This document shows positions 9,924 to 19,659 of a stretch of 64,000 nt of DNA, piece after piece. Source of the DNA: an uncultured virus (IMG/VR IMGVR_UViG_3300042387_001477) (lineage: Duplodnaviria; Heunggongvirae; Uroviricota; Caudoviricetes). Location of the stretch: the IMG/VR virus record IMGVR_UViG_3300042387_001477. One strand, given 5' to 3'. Numbering within the stretch: position 1 is the stretch's first letter; every line of letters starts with the position of its first letter. The position numbers and the translations under genes are program-made. The notes under the pieces were generated by a model that ran no database searches, had not been told where the DNA came from, and worked only from the letters and a program-made list of their open reading frames with translations.

Positions 9924-10679
9924 TCAGAATCCCAAATTAAGTTTGCTGATTAGATAACTTCTGATTAGACCTGAACGAACGATGTCGGCGATTCCAAATT
10001 CTACCATGGAAAATTCATCCATAGTTTGAAGAATGCTCATGAAATTCAGAACACCATTTCTTTCGTTGGTCTTTACAAGGTCAGTTTGTTGAACATCACC
10101 ACAGAAAATAATTTTAGCATCTTGCCCAACACGAGTGATGATAGAATCTAGTTCATGGAAATTAAGATTCTGACTTTCATCAACAATGATGATACAGTTA
10201 TCAAGAGTAGTACCACGGATGAATGATGTACTCCAGAAACTTACAGTTCCTTGTCCTTTTAGATTACCATACAAAGCTTCAAATGAAGCATCATCTGGCA
10301 TCTCAAACATGTACTTTACCATGTTCTTATATGGAATCTGGTAAAGGCTTGACTTATCCTCATGATCTCCTGGAAGGAAACCAATCTCCCTAGTAGAAAC
10401 TAGAGAACGAACCATATATACTTTTTCATATGGAGTTTTATCGTTTAATACATCCTTTAGTGCTAGGTAGAGACTAACAAATGTTTTACCTGTACCTGCA
10501 GCTCCATATAGAAATAGATTTTTGTCGTTTGCGTATTCTTCAAATACTTTTTCTTGAGCTGGAGTCAGAGGTTGAATATCAACCATATGCTCAGCATCAA
10601 TTGGCTTTTTTCTCCTCATTTTTTTAGATGATAAATCTGCAAATGAACTTTCATTCTTTCTTCTACGGGAACTTGTCAT
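9924..10679 (-). CDS. phoH: PhoH-family ATPase
   Basis: GAAGTGKT Walker A, IGFLPG, FIRGTT, DESQN, IIFCGD, DIVRSGL. Confidence 0.95.
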   Translation of the reverse strand: MTSSRRRKNESSFADLSSKKMRRKKPIDAEHMVDIQPLTPAQEKVFEEYANDKNLFLYGAAGTGKTFVSLYLALKDVLNDKTPYEKVYMVRSLVSTREIGFLPGDHEDKSSLYQIPYKNMVKYMFEMPDDASFEALYGNLKGQGTVSFWSTSFIRGTTLDNCIIIVDESQNLNFHELDSIITRVGQDAKIIFCGDVQQTDLVKTNERNGVLNFMSILQTMDEFSMVEFGIADIVRSGLIRSYLISKLNLGF

Positions 10680-10909
10680 ACGTCAAAAGTTGAGTTGGGA
10701 TATGATTTTTTGATGCGACCTAACACATCTTTAAATGAGCCAGGGACTTTCGTGTTTTTCCAGTCCCCAACTTCGCTGATAGAATACATTCCTGTTGGAA
10801 CTTGGGTGATGTGTGGGTTTTCTTTTAGATATGGCTCTCGGTCAGCCATATACATCCACTTCTCAAACTCTTCACCAGTGTTATTATCTTTGAATCTATA
10901 GGTTGGCAT
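10676..10909 (-). CDS. Conserved hypothetical protein (FmdB-like N-terminus)
   Basis: MPTYRFKDNNTGEEFEK; start moved to this Met. Confidence 0.6.
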   Translation of the reverse strand: MPTYRFKDNNTGEEFEKWMYMADREPYLKENPHITQVPTGMYSISEVGDWKNTKVPGSFKDVLGRIKKSYPNSTFDV

Positions 10910-11444
10910 TTGTCTTAAACCATTCAGGGATAGTAGAAGGAGATTTCCATTTTGCAAAAGCAATTTTATCTCCAATGTAATAATTACGATAAGACTGAAT
11001 TGTGTCAGTTTCCTTATATTTATCGGGCATAGCTGGAGGTGGATCAGACCACCCCAAATCAGGAAGATTATTAGGAGGATGTTTTAAATATGCTCTCAAA
11101 GATTCAGTAGCATGAAACTTGCCGTATCTTCTGGTGTATTCAATACAACATTGTTCAAAGAGTTCATAGAGCCAGTTGTAATGTGATCTAGAACTCCTAG
11201 CCCAGATAGCAGAAGGGTGGTTAATATGACAAGCTTTATAGAGATTTGATTCTCTTGGCTCATCGAGTTTGAATCTCTTGACTTGTCGATTCTTATTAGA
11301 AAGTTCGTAATAACCAATACCGTCAAGAACTCGATGAGCGGTTGATAGAAGTTGTGCATACTCGACAATCATTTTGACTACATGCTTGTCACAATGTTCT
11401 TGAGCACATATAGCTGGATTGTAATTCAAATAAAAGATGTTCAT
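10896..11444 (-). CDS. Pyrimidine dimer DNA glycosylase-like protein (DenV family)
   Basis: MNIFYL..CAQEHCDKHVVKMIVEYAQLLSTAH, H.NHPSAIW, AMPD.YK, SYRNYY. Confidence 0.75.
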   Translation of the reverse strand: MNIFYLNYNPAICAQEHCDKHVVKMIVEYAQLLSTAHRVLDGIGYYELSNKNRQVKRFKLDEPRESNLYKACHINHPSAIWARSSRSHYNWLYELFEQCCIEYTRRYGKFHATESLRAYLKHPPNNLPDLGWSDPPPAMPDKYKETDTIQSYRNYYIGDKIAFAKWKSPSTIPEWFKTNANL

Positions 11445-11461
11445 AACAAAGAAATTTCACA

Positions 11462-12124
11462 TTACCAGTCTAGTGCTTCTGCAATATCAGGGAAGCAGGT
11501 CTTAAAGATATCTTTACATTCATTTGCGATATCCATATGTTCCTTTTGGGTTCCATTTGAAGATCGTAGATTGATATAATGAATCCATGACCTGGCTGAG
11601 CCCTTCATGTAAATCCTTGTTGGGGTGGCTAGAGGAAGCACAAACCTTGCACATTCCTTTGCCACACCCTGTTTGAGAAGAGAATCATATAGTTGTTGAC
11701 TCTTCTCAAAATGTTCTTGAATTTCACCTTGCATTTTTAGCTTCACATAATCACCAAAGTCATCAATTGAGTTCTGGCGATTCTTGGTATCCTGACGGCG
11801 AAGATCTGGAACTGATGGTCTATCAGTGAGAAGTTTCGTATCAGCATATCGCTGTGAAAATTCTTGATATGTAAATGAACGGTGACGAAGCACTTGAGCC
11901 GCGATTCCTCTGGTAGTATTAATCTCCAGAGTCATATCAGCTTGTTCAAAGATACTCCAATGATTTTCACGAATGCAGTATCGAAGAAGTCCAGCAGCAG
12001 TATCAAACTTTTCTTGGTTTGCTGGATTACTTACACGAGCAGTATAAGTAATCACTTCTTGGGCTGTCTTACCTTCTAGTTTTCCAGCACCTTGACTTAA
12101 CGAAATCAAAAAAACATTGCTCAT
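11462..12124 (-). CDS. thyX: Flavin-dependent thymidylate synthase
   Basis: HWSIFEQ, QVLRHRSFTYQEFSQRY (RHRx7S), AKECARFVLP. Confidence 0.95.
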   Translation of the reverse strand: MSNVFLISLSQGAGKLEGKTAQEVITYTARVSNPANQEKFDTAAGLLRYCIRENHWSIFEQADMTLEINTTRGIAAQVLRHRSFTYQEFSQRYADTKLLTDRPSVPDLRRQDTKNRQNSIDDFGDYVKLKMQGEIQEHFEKSQQLYDSLLKQGVAKECARFVLPLATPTRIYMKGSARSWIHYINLRSSNGTQKEHMDIANECKDIFKTCFPDIAEALDW

Positions 12125-12126
12125 AG

Positions 12127-12384
12127 TTACTTTTTCTTTTTGGGTTCCTTTGGTTGAACTCCCCATAGTTTGGGGTTGACCTTGCCATCGGTCCAGCGGA
12201 TGTCTTTCAGACCTTCACGGTACTTGTCCCAGTACATATCAAAGATCTGAGCCCGCTTGTTACACACTATTATATCATACCTTGTCTGGTTGTCAACCTC
12301 ATAGGTGACTAGGTATGAATTTAATGGTAGTGTTTTATCCTTTGCTAAATCTCTGCTGCAATCTTGATGTACGATTTTACACAT
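12127..12384 (-). CDS. Conserved hypothetical cyanophage protein
   Basis: IVHQDC..LP.NSYLVTY, IFDMYWDKY, G.VNPKLWG. Confidence 0.6.
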   Translation of the reverse strand: MCKIVHQDCSRDLAKDKTLPLNSYLVTYEVDNQTRYDIIVCNKRAQIFDMYWDKYREGLKDIRWTDGKVNPKLWGVQPKEPKKKK

Positions 12385-12385
12385 G

Positions 12386-12838
12386 TCACGACCTATTGCC
12401 CCACTTAATTTCAGGATAGGCTTCTTCAATACAAGCTTTAGTAATCTTATATTTTTTACCTAGGGTTTTGTCCTTTACCATACAAAGAACTTTAGCTTCA
12501 TCTTGATGAAGACTTTCTAGTAATTGAATAAACATGGTCTCTCGTTTGTTGTTTGCAAGACCATCGTTTCCGCCCTTTACAAAGTTATACAGAATTCGAT
12601 ATTCATGTAGTAGTCGAGTGTGCTCTGTATCTACTGGAGCTTCGTTTGGAGTGTACGGAACTTCACCTTCTGGTAAAAGAGTAATTACACTGTCATCAAA
12701 GTTCCAAATTAAAATTGATTGAAGTGCTGCGCTTTTATACTTACGTAGTAGTTCAATCTTTTCTTTTTTTGTTTTTGCATTAGATACTTTTTGTAGAACT
12801 TCCGAAATCAGAAGTCTTTCTACTGGTAGTTCAGCCAT
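12386..12838 (-). CDS. Conserved hypothetical T4-like phage protein
   Basis: LISEVLQKVS..LIWNFD..LPEGEVPY..KRETMFIQLLESLH. Confidence 0.7.
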   Translation of the reverse strand: MAELPVERLLISEVLQKVSNAKTKKEKIELLRKYKSAALQSILIWNFDDSVITLLPEGEVPYTPNEAPVDTEHTRLLHEYRILYNFVKGGNDGLANNKRETMFIQLLESLHQDEAKVLCMVKDKTLGKKYKITKACIEEAYPEIKWGNRS

Positions 12839-12841
12839 GAG

Positions 12842-13723
12842 TTAAAAATCCTCCAATTCATTTAATAATGTTATTAACCTGTTTTCAATGAAGTAGTTCA
12901 TTGAAATTTTATTTGGTGTACTACTATTTAACAAGTTGTACTCAGTGATAATTTTATCCTCTATTTCAGATGGGATACAGGCTAGGTCTATAAGTTTTTG
13001 ATTGCGATGATAGTTAATTAACTGTTGTTCATTGCAATAACTTTCTGGTTCTGCAGTAATCCATTTTGCAATATTCTTCTTGCTAATGGGTTTCTGCCTT
13101 TTACCAGAAACAAAGGTATCTGATTCAGATAGAAAATTTGGAATACCATCTGACCTATCACCTTTGATCACATGTTCTTTGATGTATAATTTGGGATCTA
13201 TCCCATCATTTACATACTTCTTTTGAACAGGATTATATTGAGTTACACAGGGATACTTCGATAATTGAATGAAGTCTTTATCGCCTGATAAAATTAAGAC
13301 CTTTTCAGTCTTTAAATTTTCTTTTTGCTTTTTGATGTTGTGGACTGTAACATGTTTTGATAGAGTGGCAATAATATCATCTGCCTCAGCTCCATAAATT
13401 TCCATTACAATATATGGAAAGTTATCTCGAATTTCATCTCGAATTTTATTCAAGATTTCAAAGATCTGAGACCAATCAAATAAAGATTTCTCTCTATCTT
13501 TTTTTCGGTTTTGTTTATAGTATGGAAAAATTTCTTTCCTCCAATAGTGCTTGCTATCGTAACAAAGAACTAAGTTGCCATACTCGGCATGAAATTTTTT
13601 TTTGTATGATTTGAGAGATGTAAGTACCATGTGACGGACCATATTTTCATCTAGTCCGTCACTCAGTCTAGTTTGCATCATCAAATTACTAATCATGCAC
13701 TGATTCATATCAACCAGTATCAT
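12842..13723 (-). CDS. rnh: RNase H / 5'-3' exonuclease
   Basis: MILVDMNQ, YWRK..FPYYKQNR, EADDIIA, ILSGDKDFIQL, GDRSDGIPN. Confidence 0.93.
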   Translation of the reverse strand: MILVDMNQCMISNLMMQTRLSDGLDENMVRHMVLTSLKSYKKKFHAEYGNLVLCYDSKHYWRKEIFPYYKQNRKKDREKSLFDWSQIFEILNKIRDEIRDNFPYIVMEIYGAEADDIIATLSKHVTVHNIKKQKENLKTEKVLILSGDKDFIQLSKYPCVTQYNPVQKKYVNDGIDPKLYIKEHVIKGDRSDGIPNFLSESDTFVSGKRQKPISKKNIAKWITAEPESYCNEQQLINYHRNQKLIDLACIPSEIEDKIITEYNLLNSSTPNKISMNYFIENRLITLLNELEDF

Positions 13724-13726
13724 AAA

Positions 13727-13960
13727 TTAATCCTCTTCGTCGTCCTCGTCGTCTTCTTCCTCAAAACGTACAGCAATTAATTCCTCGGTAATATAGTTTC
13801 CATTCTCATCATACATTTCTGGATGCCCAGTTGCATGAGCTGAGACTGGATTGAAATATTCGTTTGCGAACCATCCAAAAACCATACCAATTAAGAATGA
13901 TAATCCTATTAAAACGAATCCTACTGCAAATACAGTAAGCAAAAGTAATAGATTGCCCAT
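13727..13960 (-). CDS. Small membrane protein with acidic tail
   Basis: N-terminal hydrophobic helix, HPEMYDENG motif, poly-D/E tail. Confidence 0.65.
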   Translation of the reverse strand: MGNLLLLLTVFAVGFVLIGLSFLIGMVFGWFANEYFNPVSAHATGHPEMYDENGNYITEELIAVRFEEEDDEDDEED

Positions 13961-14135
13961 GGTTCTTTTCCTTTAGAGTTTTAGTCTTGTGTTTCTTCTA
14001 CGAAGATCTTAACTTCCACTCTATAGTTTCTCTTGAATATGGAAACTAATTTATCGAAGTGGAAGTCAGGCTTTTGCAAGTCTTTTTTCCTCCCACTTAT
14101 CATTGCTCTTACATTTTTATTTAGTAACTTTTCGC

Positions 14136-14837
14136 TCATGTAATGACCTTGATTAGAATGTGCTTGGATGTCATTCGTCCAGTTGGAGTTTTTGGTTTGG
14201 TAGTTAGATGACTACCAATATTCTCTACATTAAATTTGCTAGCTGATAGTACTTCAGATAGAAACTCTTCTGGTTTCCTGAGAGTTCGTACCCAAGATTT
14301 GTCGGGATCAAACCCATCTACCATAGTACGTCGAACTGATAAAGATCGTCCAGTATAATAACATAATTCTCGCTTCTCTACATTATAGAGGAAAACATGT
14401 TTTGAGCCGATGATTTCTGTAGGAGATTGTGGCTTATAGACATCAGTTCCAAAGACAAGTTCTTTGTCGTATAATGTGACGAGTTTAACCAGTTTTTCTG
14501 GCGTAACTCGACGCTTCTTACGAGTAATCTTTTTGGCACTTTTATATGCATACAGATCATCTACAATCTGATTAAGAAGTTCTTTGAAATCACGAAGCTC
14601 TGGACGACGGAAGTTACCATAACCTTCTTTGACTACTTCATCATCACCATCTAATGCAATAGATAGTTCCTCAATTTGATCTGTAATAAAATTGAGTTTG
14701 TTATCTACAAAATCATTGATAGTCCTACGATCAATGTCTTGAGACTTTAGAAATTGAGTAAAGCTGGCTTTTGGTTTTTTACGGGTTACGACAAAGCTAT
14801 CAATAACTGTGTCAATAAAAGCTGCGATCTCACTCAT
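14136..14837 (-). CDS. Conserved hypothetical protein
   Basis: 233-aa ORF overlapping the glutaredoxin stop; VKEGY, TLRKPEEFL, TGR motifs. Confidence 0.65.
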   Translation of the reverse strand: MSEIAAFIDTVIDSFVVTRKKPKASFTQFLKSQDIDRRTINDFVDNKLNFITDQIEELSIALDGDDEVVKEGYGNFRRPELRDFKELLNQIVDDLYAYKSAKKITRKKRRVTPEKLVKLVTLYDKELVFGTDVYKPQSPTEIIGSKHVFLYNVEKRELCYYTGRSLSVRRTMVDGFDPDKSWVRTLRKPEEFLSEVLSASKFNVENIGSHLTTKPKTPTGRMTSKHILIKVIT

Positions 14838-15070
14838 AGTAGGTTGTTTTCCTTTAGGTATTCAATAGTATCAGAAGCTCCACCAATTAGCTTATCGCCA
14901 ATAACAACTCGTGGAAATGTAGAACCTTCTCCAAACTCCTGAATAAAGTTCTCTCTGGTAAAATCAGTATCTAGTTTGTATTCAACAAATTGAACTTCAA
15001 GTAATCCAAAAACTTGTTTGATTTTTTCGCAATACGGACAATTTTCTTTGCTGTAAATAGTGACTTGCAT
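14834..15070 (-). CDS. nrdC: Glutaredoxin
   Basis: CPYC active site, TFPRV, IGG. Confidence 0.92.
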   Translation of the reverse strand: MQVTIYSKENCPYCEKIKQVFGLLEVQFVEYKLDTDFTRENFIQEFGEGSTFPRVVIGDKLIGGASDTIEYLKENNLL

Positions 15071-15288
15071 AGGACCTTGACTTGCCTCCGTAGTATACCA
15101 GAAAAAAGGAGGGCTGTCAAGCCCTCCGAAGAATTAAAATTTCTTGAACATCCACTTGAATTTGATATATCGTAATTGCAAATATACTAGAAAATGATTT
15201 ATCTTTATGGAAATCCAATCCAATACATTTGGATCGCTAACACAAACATAAGTAACTACCATTACAAATAAAAGAAAGTATAGTTGCA

Positions 15289-15474
15289 TTATACTAGTGG
15301 ATCATCGGTAGTGACATTTTCTGGTCGATCAAAGTAACCATTTTCCATGGCTTCTGTTAGAAGCTCGGTAATAAATTGGTCTACTGAGATACCTTTTTCT
15401 TCTGCCAAGATGTGAGCAATAGCGGCAGTCTTATCATCTAGTTCAATTTCAATCTGTTCATTTTCAGTAGTCAT
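15289..15474 (-). CDS. Small hypothetical protein, possibly ribbon-helix-helix
   Basis: IEIELDDKT..IAHILAEEKGISVDQFITELL pattern. Confidence 0.5.
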   Translation of the reverse strand: MTTENEQIEIELDDKTAAIAHILAEEKGISVDQFITELLTEAMENGYFDRPENVTTDDPLV

Positions 15475-15692
15475 GATGGTAAATTAAAATAAGGGTTTTC
15501 ATCATATCCTGGCGGGTAGTTTGCTTCTTCATCATAGCATGGGTTGGCACATGGAGAATCTACTTTACGATATTGACACACTCGTTTTGCCAAGTATTCT
15601 AGATCTCCAGGCTTCCCAAAGGAAAACTTAGCAACACCGTCTTCAATAACTACCCCACATGCAGGACACTGTTTCATAGCCACCCCGATCAA
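15471..15692 (-). CDS. Small Cys-rich hypothetical protein
   Basis: CPAC and RVCQY..PCAN motifs; true start probably MKQC. Confidence 0.5.
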   Translation of the reverse strand: MIGVAMKQCPACGVVIEDGVAKFSFGKPGDLEYLAKRVCQYRKVDSPCANPCYDEEANYPPGYDENPYFNLPS

Positions 15693-15873
15693 TAGTGATA
15701 CTATTTAGTCTCAGGGTGATATTTGTGTTTTAATTCGTTGACAATCATAACAGATTTTTTTAATCCAAGAGCATATTCATTATGCCCATGTTTAATTGAA
15801 ATCTGTATGCTGTGTTGGATCCGTTCATAAAATTCTTTGTAGAATTGTTCGTTCATAAAATAATAACGGACAG

Positions 15874-15956
15874 CGGAGAATAATAGAATCGAACTATCAG
15901 GCTATTAACCTGGCATCGTTTTCAAGACGATTTACCGACCATCGGTGCTATTCTCC
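15874..15956 (-). tRNA. tRNA-Ser(UGA)
   Basis: GGAGAAT/ATTCTCC acceptor, anticodon arm ATCGT-CTTGAAA-ACGAT, long variable arm, GTTCGATT T-loop, G discriminator. Confidence 0.9.
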
Positions 15957-16343
15957 TTAAAGTTTATCTTTAAATGATTGATATTTTTCACCTAAAGATA
16001 AAGTAGATTTTGATTTAATTTCTGAAGTTGGTATAAAGTATATATCTCCAACTTCAGTAACTGCTAGTAGATAATCGCAAGAATTATTGTCAAATTTATG
16101 AATTGTATTTTCTGTTCTATTAGATCTAATAGATCTTAACTGAATACAATAATTTGAATTTTCTTTAGTTCGTGTAGATTTAACTTGAACTTTTTTTAAG
16201 TTGCCATCAATCTCACACACTAAATCATAACTTTGATTATCTACTAGAGGAACTGAAACATTGTAACCTTTTTTTGTCAAATATGCAATAGCATAGGATA
16301 ATCCTATAGTTCCTTGAGCTACTGGAGGAAGATTATCAAACAT
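15957..16343 (-). CDS. Free-standing PD-(D/E)XK homing-endonuclease-like protein (I-Ssp6803I-like)
   Basis: G.IG...A..YL...GY.VS.PL.DNQSYDLV..KKVQVKS, CDYL motifs; TATAAATA late promoter at about 16365-16372. Confidence 0.75.
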   Translation of the reverse strand: MFDNLPPVAQGTIGLSYAIAYLTKKGYNVSVPLVDNQSYDLVCEIDGNLKKVQVKSTRTKENSNYCIQLRSIRSNRTENTIHKFDNNSCDYLLAVTEVGDIYFIPTSEIKSKSTLSLGEKYQSFKDKL

Positions 16344-16397
16344 ACCTGTATAGTATACTGGTATTATTTATACTTTTAAAAGGTTACATATTATATA

Positions 16398-16628
16398 TCA
16401 AAGATTAGATTGAGTTCTTGCGTCCATCTGACGTACAGTATAGATTGGACTCTTCATGTAGCGTTTAATTTTTTTAAGTTGCTTATTAAGTTGTTTTAGT
16501 TGCTGTAGATCCCTTTGAATTTCTGCAGGACTTTTGATTTTGTCTTCATTCAGACTAAGTTCTGGAGTTAATACGGTTTCTTCTTCTGAAACTTCAACAG
16601 ATTCTACATCAATAATTTGGTCTTCCAT
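16398..16628 (-). CDS. Hypothetical protein (coiled coil)
   Basis: 76-aa ORF downstream of a sigma70-type promoter. Confidence 0.55.
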   Translation of the reverse strand: MEDQIIDVESVEVSEEETVLTPELSLNEDKIKSPAEIQRDLQQLKQLNKQLKKIKRYMKSPIYTVRQMDARTQSNL

Positions 16629-16691
16629 AGTTTACTCATGAAAAAGGAGCCTCTAGAGGCTCCCATATCATAGCACGTTAGAGAGTGCTTG

Positions 16692-17771
16692 TCAACCGAT
16701 TGCAGGGGCGGTCAGGGCCACAGGAGTGGTCTGAACGGATGCAAGGTCTAGAGGGAAGTTGTGAGCGTTACGCTCGTGCATCACTTCCATTCCAAGACCA
16801 CCACGGTTCAGGATGTCTGCCCAAGTGTTAATCACATGTCCCTGACTATCCTGGATAGACTGGTTGAAGTTGAAACCGTTTAGGTTGAAGGCCATCGTGC
16901 TAACTCCCAGAGCAGCGAACCAAATACCAACAACAGGCCAAGCAGCCAGGAAGAAATGAAGACTGCGAGAGTTGTTGAATGAGGCGTATTGGAAGATGAG
17001 TCGTCCGAAGTAACCGTGGGCTGCAACGATGTTGTAGGTTTCTTCTTCTTGTCCGAACTTGTATCCATAGTTTTGTGATTCGTTTTCAGTTGTTTCACGA
17101 ACGAGTGAAGACGTAACCAGACTTCCGTGCATAGCACTAAAGAGACTGCCACCAAATACCCCAGCCACACCGAGCATATGGAAAGGATGCATGAGAATGT
17201 TGTGTTCTGCTTGGAAGACGAGCATGTAGTTGAAGGTGCCTGAGATTCCGAGAGGCATTGCATCACTGAAGGAACCTTGACCGAAAGGATAGACAAGGAA
17301 AACTGCAGAAGCGGCGGCAACAGGAGCACTATAAGCAACGCAGATCCAAGGACGCATACCCAGACGGTAGGAAAGTTCCCACTCACGACCCATGTAAGCA
17401 TAGATACCGATTAGAAAATGGAAGACGACCAGTTGGAATGGTCCACCATTATATAGCCACTCATCGAGTGAGTTTGCTTCCCAGATGGGATAGAAGTGTA
17501 GACCGATAGCATTGCTTGAAGGAACAACAGCACCAGAGATGATGTTGTTTCCATACATGAGTGAACCAGCTACAGGTTCACGAATACCGTCGATATCGAC
17601 AGGAGGAGCAGCAACGAAAGCAACAATGAAACAAATAGTAGCAGCGAGAAGGGTTGGAATCATTAGAGTTCCAAACCAACCGACATAAAGACGGTTTTCG
17701 GTAGAAGTTACCCACTCACAGAATTGGTCCCAAGTGTTACTTCCACGCTGTTGAGCGATGGATGCAGTCAT
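16692..17771 (-). CDS. psbA: Photosystem II D1 protein
   Basis: [46 protein letters not shown]; uninterrupted. Confidence 0.99.
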   Translation of the reverse strand: MTASIAQQRGSNTWDQFCEWVTSTENRLYVGWFGTLMIPTLLAATICFIVAFVAAPPVDIDGIREPVAGSLMYGNNIISGAVVPSSNAIGLHFYPIWEANSLDEWLYNGGPFQLVVFHFLIGIYAYMGREWELSYRLGMRPWICVAYSAPVAAASAVFLVYPFGQGSFSDAMPLGISGTFNYMLVFQAEHNILMHPFHMLGVAGVFGGSLFSAMHGSLVTSSLVRETTENESQNYGYKFGQEEETYNIVAAHGYFGRLIFQYASFNNSRSLHFFLAAWPVVGIWFAALGVSTMAFNLNGFNFNQSIQDSQGHVINTWADILNRGGLGMEVMHERNAHNFPLDLASVQTTPVALTAPAIG

Positions 17772-17834
17772 AGTTTTAAAAGAACGTAAAGGTTTATTAA
17801 AAAGTATGTGAAGAAACGTAACGTCCCTTCGACC

Positions 17835-17868
17835 TATTTATAGTACCACAGGTTTGGTGACTTGTCAA
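17835..17868 (-). promoter_or_regulatory. Overlapping sigma70-type and T4-late promoters for psbA
   Basis: Minus strand TTGACA-N17-TACTAT, whose -10 box overlaps TATAAATA. Confidence 0.75.
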
Positions 17869-17901
17869 GGGGGCTAGCCTAAATACATATAAACTGTTCT
17901 C

Positions 17902-18102
17902 ATGAACGAGAGAAGGACATTTAACACTCCAATTAGAGAGCCTTGGAATGCTCCAATCCATCAAATGCTAAAAGCTATAGATAATCATACAAGAGAATAT
18001 CTAAAGACTGGAGATCCTTGGCATAAAGAAAAAGCAGATACGTTAAGAACATATCTGCATGAGTTAAAAACTTGGATTCACAAAGAGGAACACCATGAAT
18101 GA
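17902..18102 (+). CDS. Conserved hypothetical cyanophage protein
   Basis: REPWNAPIH..LKAIDNH motif; TAAATA at about 17880 upstream. Confidence 0.65.
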   Translation: MNERRTFNTPIREPWNAPIHQMLKAIDNHTREYLKTGDPWHKEKADTLRTYLHELKTWIHKEEHHE

Positions 18103-18206
18103 TTTTCCCTGGGGAGTTGCAATAGGACTTGGAATAGTTCTATTAGGAACCCTATGTTGTATAGTTTATATTATGATGTTAGACTACTTAGAGAGTAAAC
18201 AATAAA

Positions 18207-18839
18207 TCATTTGATCTTAGATAATCCAGAATCCCATAATGCACCCTCAGCTCTACGTCTACGTGCAAGACCCTTCTCTACGCTAGATCCTGGATTACGG
18301 TAGCGATATAGTGCCTCTGGAACCATGTGCCAAGACTTTTCTTTCAGTGTTTTGGTGATGGTAGCAAATCCATCTGACCCATAGAAATTAGCACCAAGAT
18401 TATATGCAAATGAAAGTAGTGCTCCTCGCATCTCATCATTCATTTCATTCCAGTATGGAATCTTAGTGAGTGGTGGTAGAAATTGATTGCGAATTTGATA
18501 TTCTAAAAGTTGATCTGCTTGTTGCAATGTAATCTTATCAGTAATCTTAAATGGATTTCCATTCATATCTTTGGTACTTCCCCAACCAATAGTGATAGGA
18601 AGTCCTCCAGTATGTGGATCATAATAAGCCTTTAATACACACCCTTCAAATTGCTTAATTAAATCTACACCACACAGAGGAACTACAGATGTATTAGGCT
18701 GTGCGTATTGATTCCTAAACCTTTTAGCAAACTCTTCTAGAACATTTGGTGGTGTATTCTGCTGAAGGTATTCCCATGCATCCATTTGATGCATGTAATC
18801 TTTGGTGTTCTTCGCTGCATCAGTTAATTTTATAGACAT
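18207..18839 (-). CDS. Lysozyme (GH24 family) with N-terminal extension
   Basis: LIKQFEG...D....PITIGWG catalytic pattern, ALLSFAYNLG, GLARRRRAEG. Confidence 0.9.
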   Translation of the reverse strand: MSIKLTDAAKNTKDYMHQMDAWEYLQQNTPPNVLEEFAKRFRNQYAQPNTSVVPLCGVDLIKQFEGCVLKAYYDPHTGGLPITIGWGSTKDMNGNPFKITDKITLQQADQLLEYQIRNQFLPPLTKIPYWNEMNDEMRGALLSFAYNLGANFYGSDGFATITKTLKEKSWHMVPEALYRYRNPGSSVEKGLARRRRAEGALWDSGLSKIK

Positions 18840-18877
18840 AAAAAAAGGAGGTATTGAACCTCCTGTATTTATTTAAT

Positions 18878-18997
18878 TCAAAGAATTCCAGGAATAATTT
18901 GCCCAGTCGTCAAGTAAGTGCCAACTGCAATTACAAAACCAAGCATTGCTAGACGTGCATTGAGGATTTCTGCCTCAGGGGTAAAACCGAATTTCAT
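18878..18997 (-). CDS. hli: High-light inducible protein
   Basis: Manual translation MKFGFTPEAEILNARLAMLGFVIAVGTYLTTGQIIPGIL*; below the ORF-track size cutoff. Confidence 0.92.
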   Translation of the reverse strand: MKFGFTPEAEILNARLAMLGFVIAVGTYLTTGQIIPGIL

Positions 18998-19012
18998 AGT
19001 TGTTCTCCTAAA

Positions 19013-19306
19013 TTAAAGGTTTTCTTCTTGTTCAGTTAAAATAACACAATCACTGGTGGGATATGCTACACAAGTTAGAACCCAACCTGCTTCAATTTGT
19101 TCATCATCAAGGAATGATTGTTCTTCGTTGTCTACTGTACCACTAATCAGTTTACCAGCACAAGCAGAGCAAGCACCAGCACGACAAGAGGAAGGTAGAT
19201 CAGCGCCAGCTTCTTCAGCCGCTTCAAGGATATATTGATCATCGGCACACTGAATGGTAGTTTCGGTGCCATCGGGGGATTGAAGTGTAATGTTGTAAGT
19301 AGCCAT
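19013..19306 (-). CDS. petF: Plant-type 2Fe-2S ferredoxin
   Basis: [13 protein letters not shown]...VLTCVAYP. Confidence 0.96.
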   Translation of the reverse strand: MATYNITLQSPDGTETTIQCADDQYILEAAEEAGADLPSSCRAGACSACAGKLISGTVDNEEQSFLDDEQIEAGWVLTCVAYPTSDCVILTEQEENL

Positions 19307-19392
19307 CAGTATGTTTTAGAAAGTTGATTTACAGAATGGGCAAGAAGTACAAAGAATACAATGCTTGTTACAGTGAAAATTAGTTCAGTCAT
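19306..19392 (-). CDS. 28-aa single-helix membrane peptide
   Basis: [28 protein letters not shown]; exactly fills the hli-petF gap, with a TGATG overlap. Confidence 0.6.
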   Translation of the reverse strand: MTELIFTVTSIVFFVLLAHSVNQLSKTY

Positions 19393-19587
19393 TTAGAAGA
19401 CCCCGAAGAAGAAATTACCTGTGACCAGATAAGAAACAAGACCAGAAACAAAACCGACCATTGCCCAGCGCCCATTGTACTTTTCCTTTACTTGATTGGG
19501 GGTATCCATACCGTAGTTTTCATAATACATAGTGGGTTCTTTTGCCCACATATTCATTTGCCCACGGTCATTACTTGTTACAGTCAT
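19393..19587 (-). CDS. hli: High-light inducible protein
   Basis: EKYNGRWAMVGF chlorophyll-binding motif; N-terminal GQMNMWAKEP extension. Confidence 0.9.
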   Translation of the reverse strand: MTVTSNDRGQMNMWAKEPTMYYENYGMDTPNQVKEKYNGRWAMVGFVSGLVSYLVTGNFFFGVF

Positions 19588-19659
19588 TTAAATTATTAAG
19601 AATTGTTGCACTAGTATATATGAAACAGGGGGTTTTGTCAACCCCCAATTGTCAGAAAA

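Noticed and set aside
16880..17401. 173-aa alternative-frame ORF within psbA
   Set aside because: Explained by psbA codon bias; no independent evidence.
17772..17834. PhotoRC-type RNA upstream of psbA
   Set aside because: I could not identify convincing conserved stems by eye; a covariance-model search is needed.
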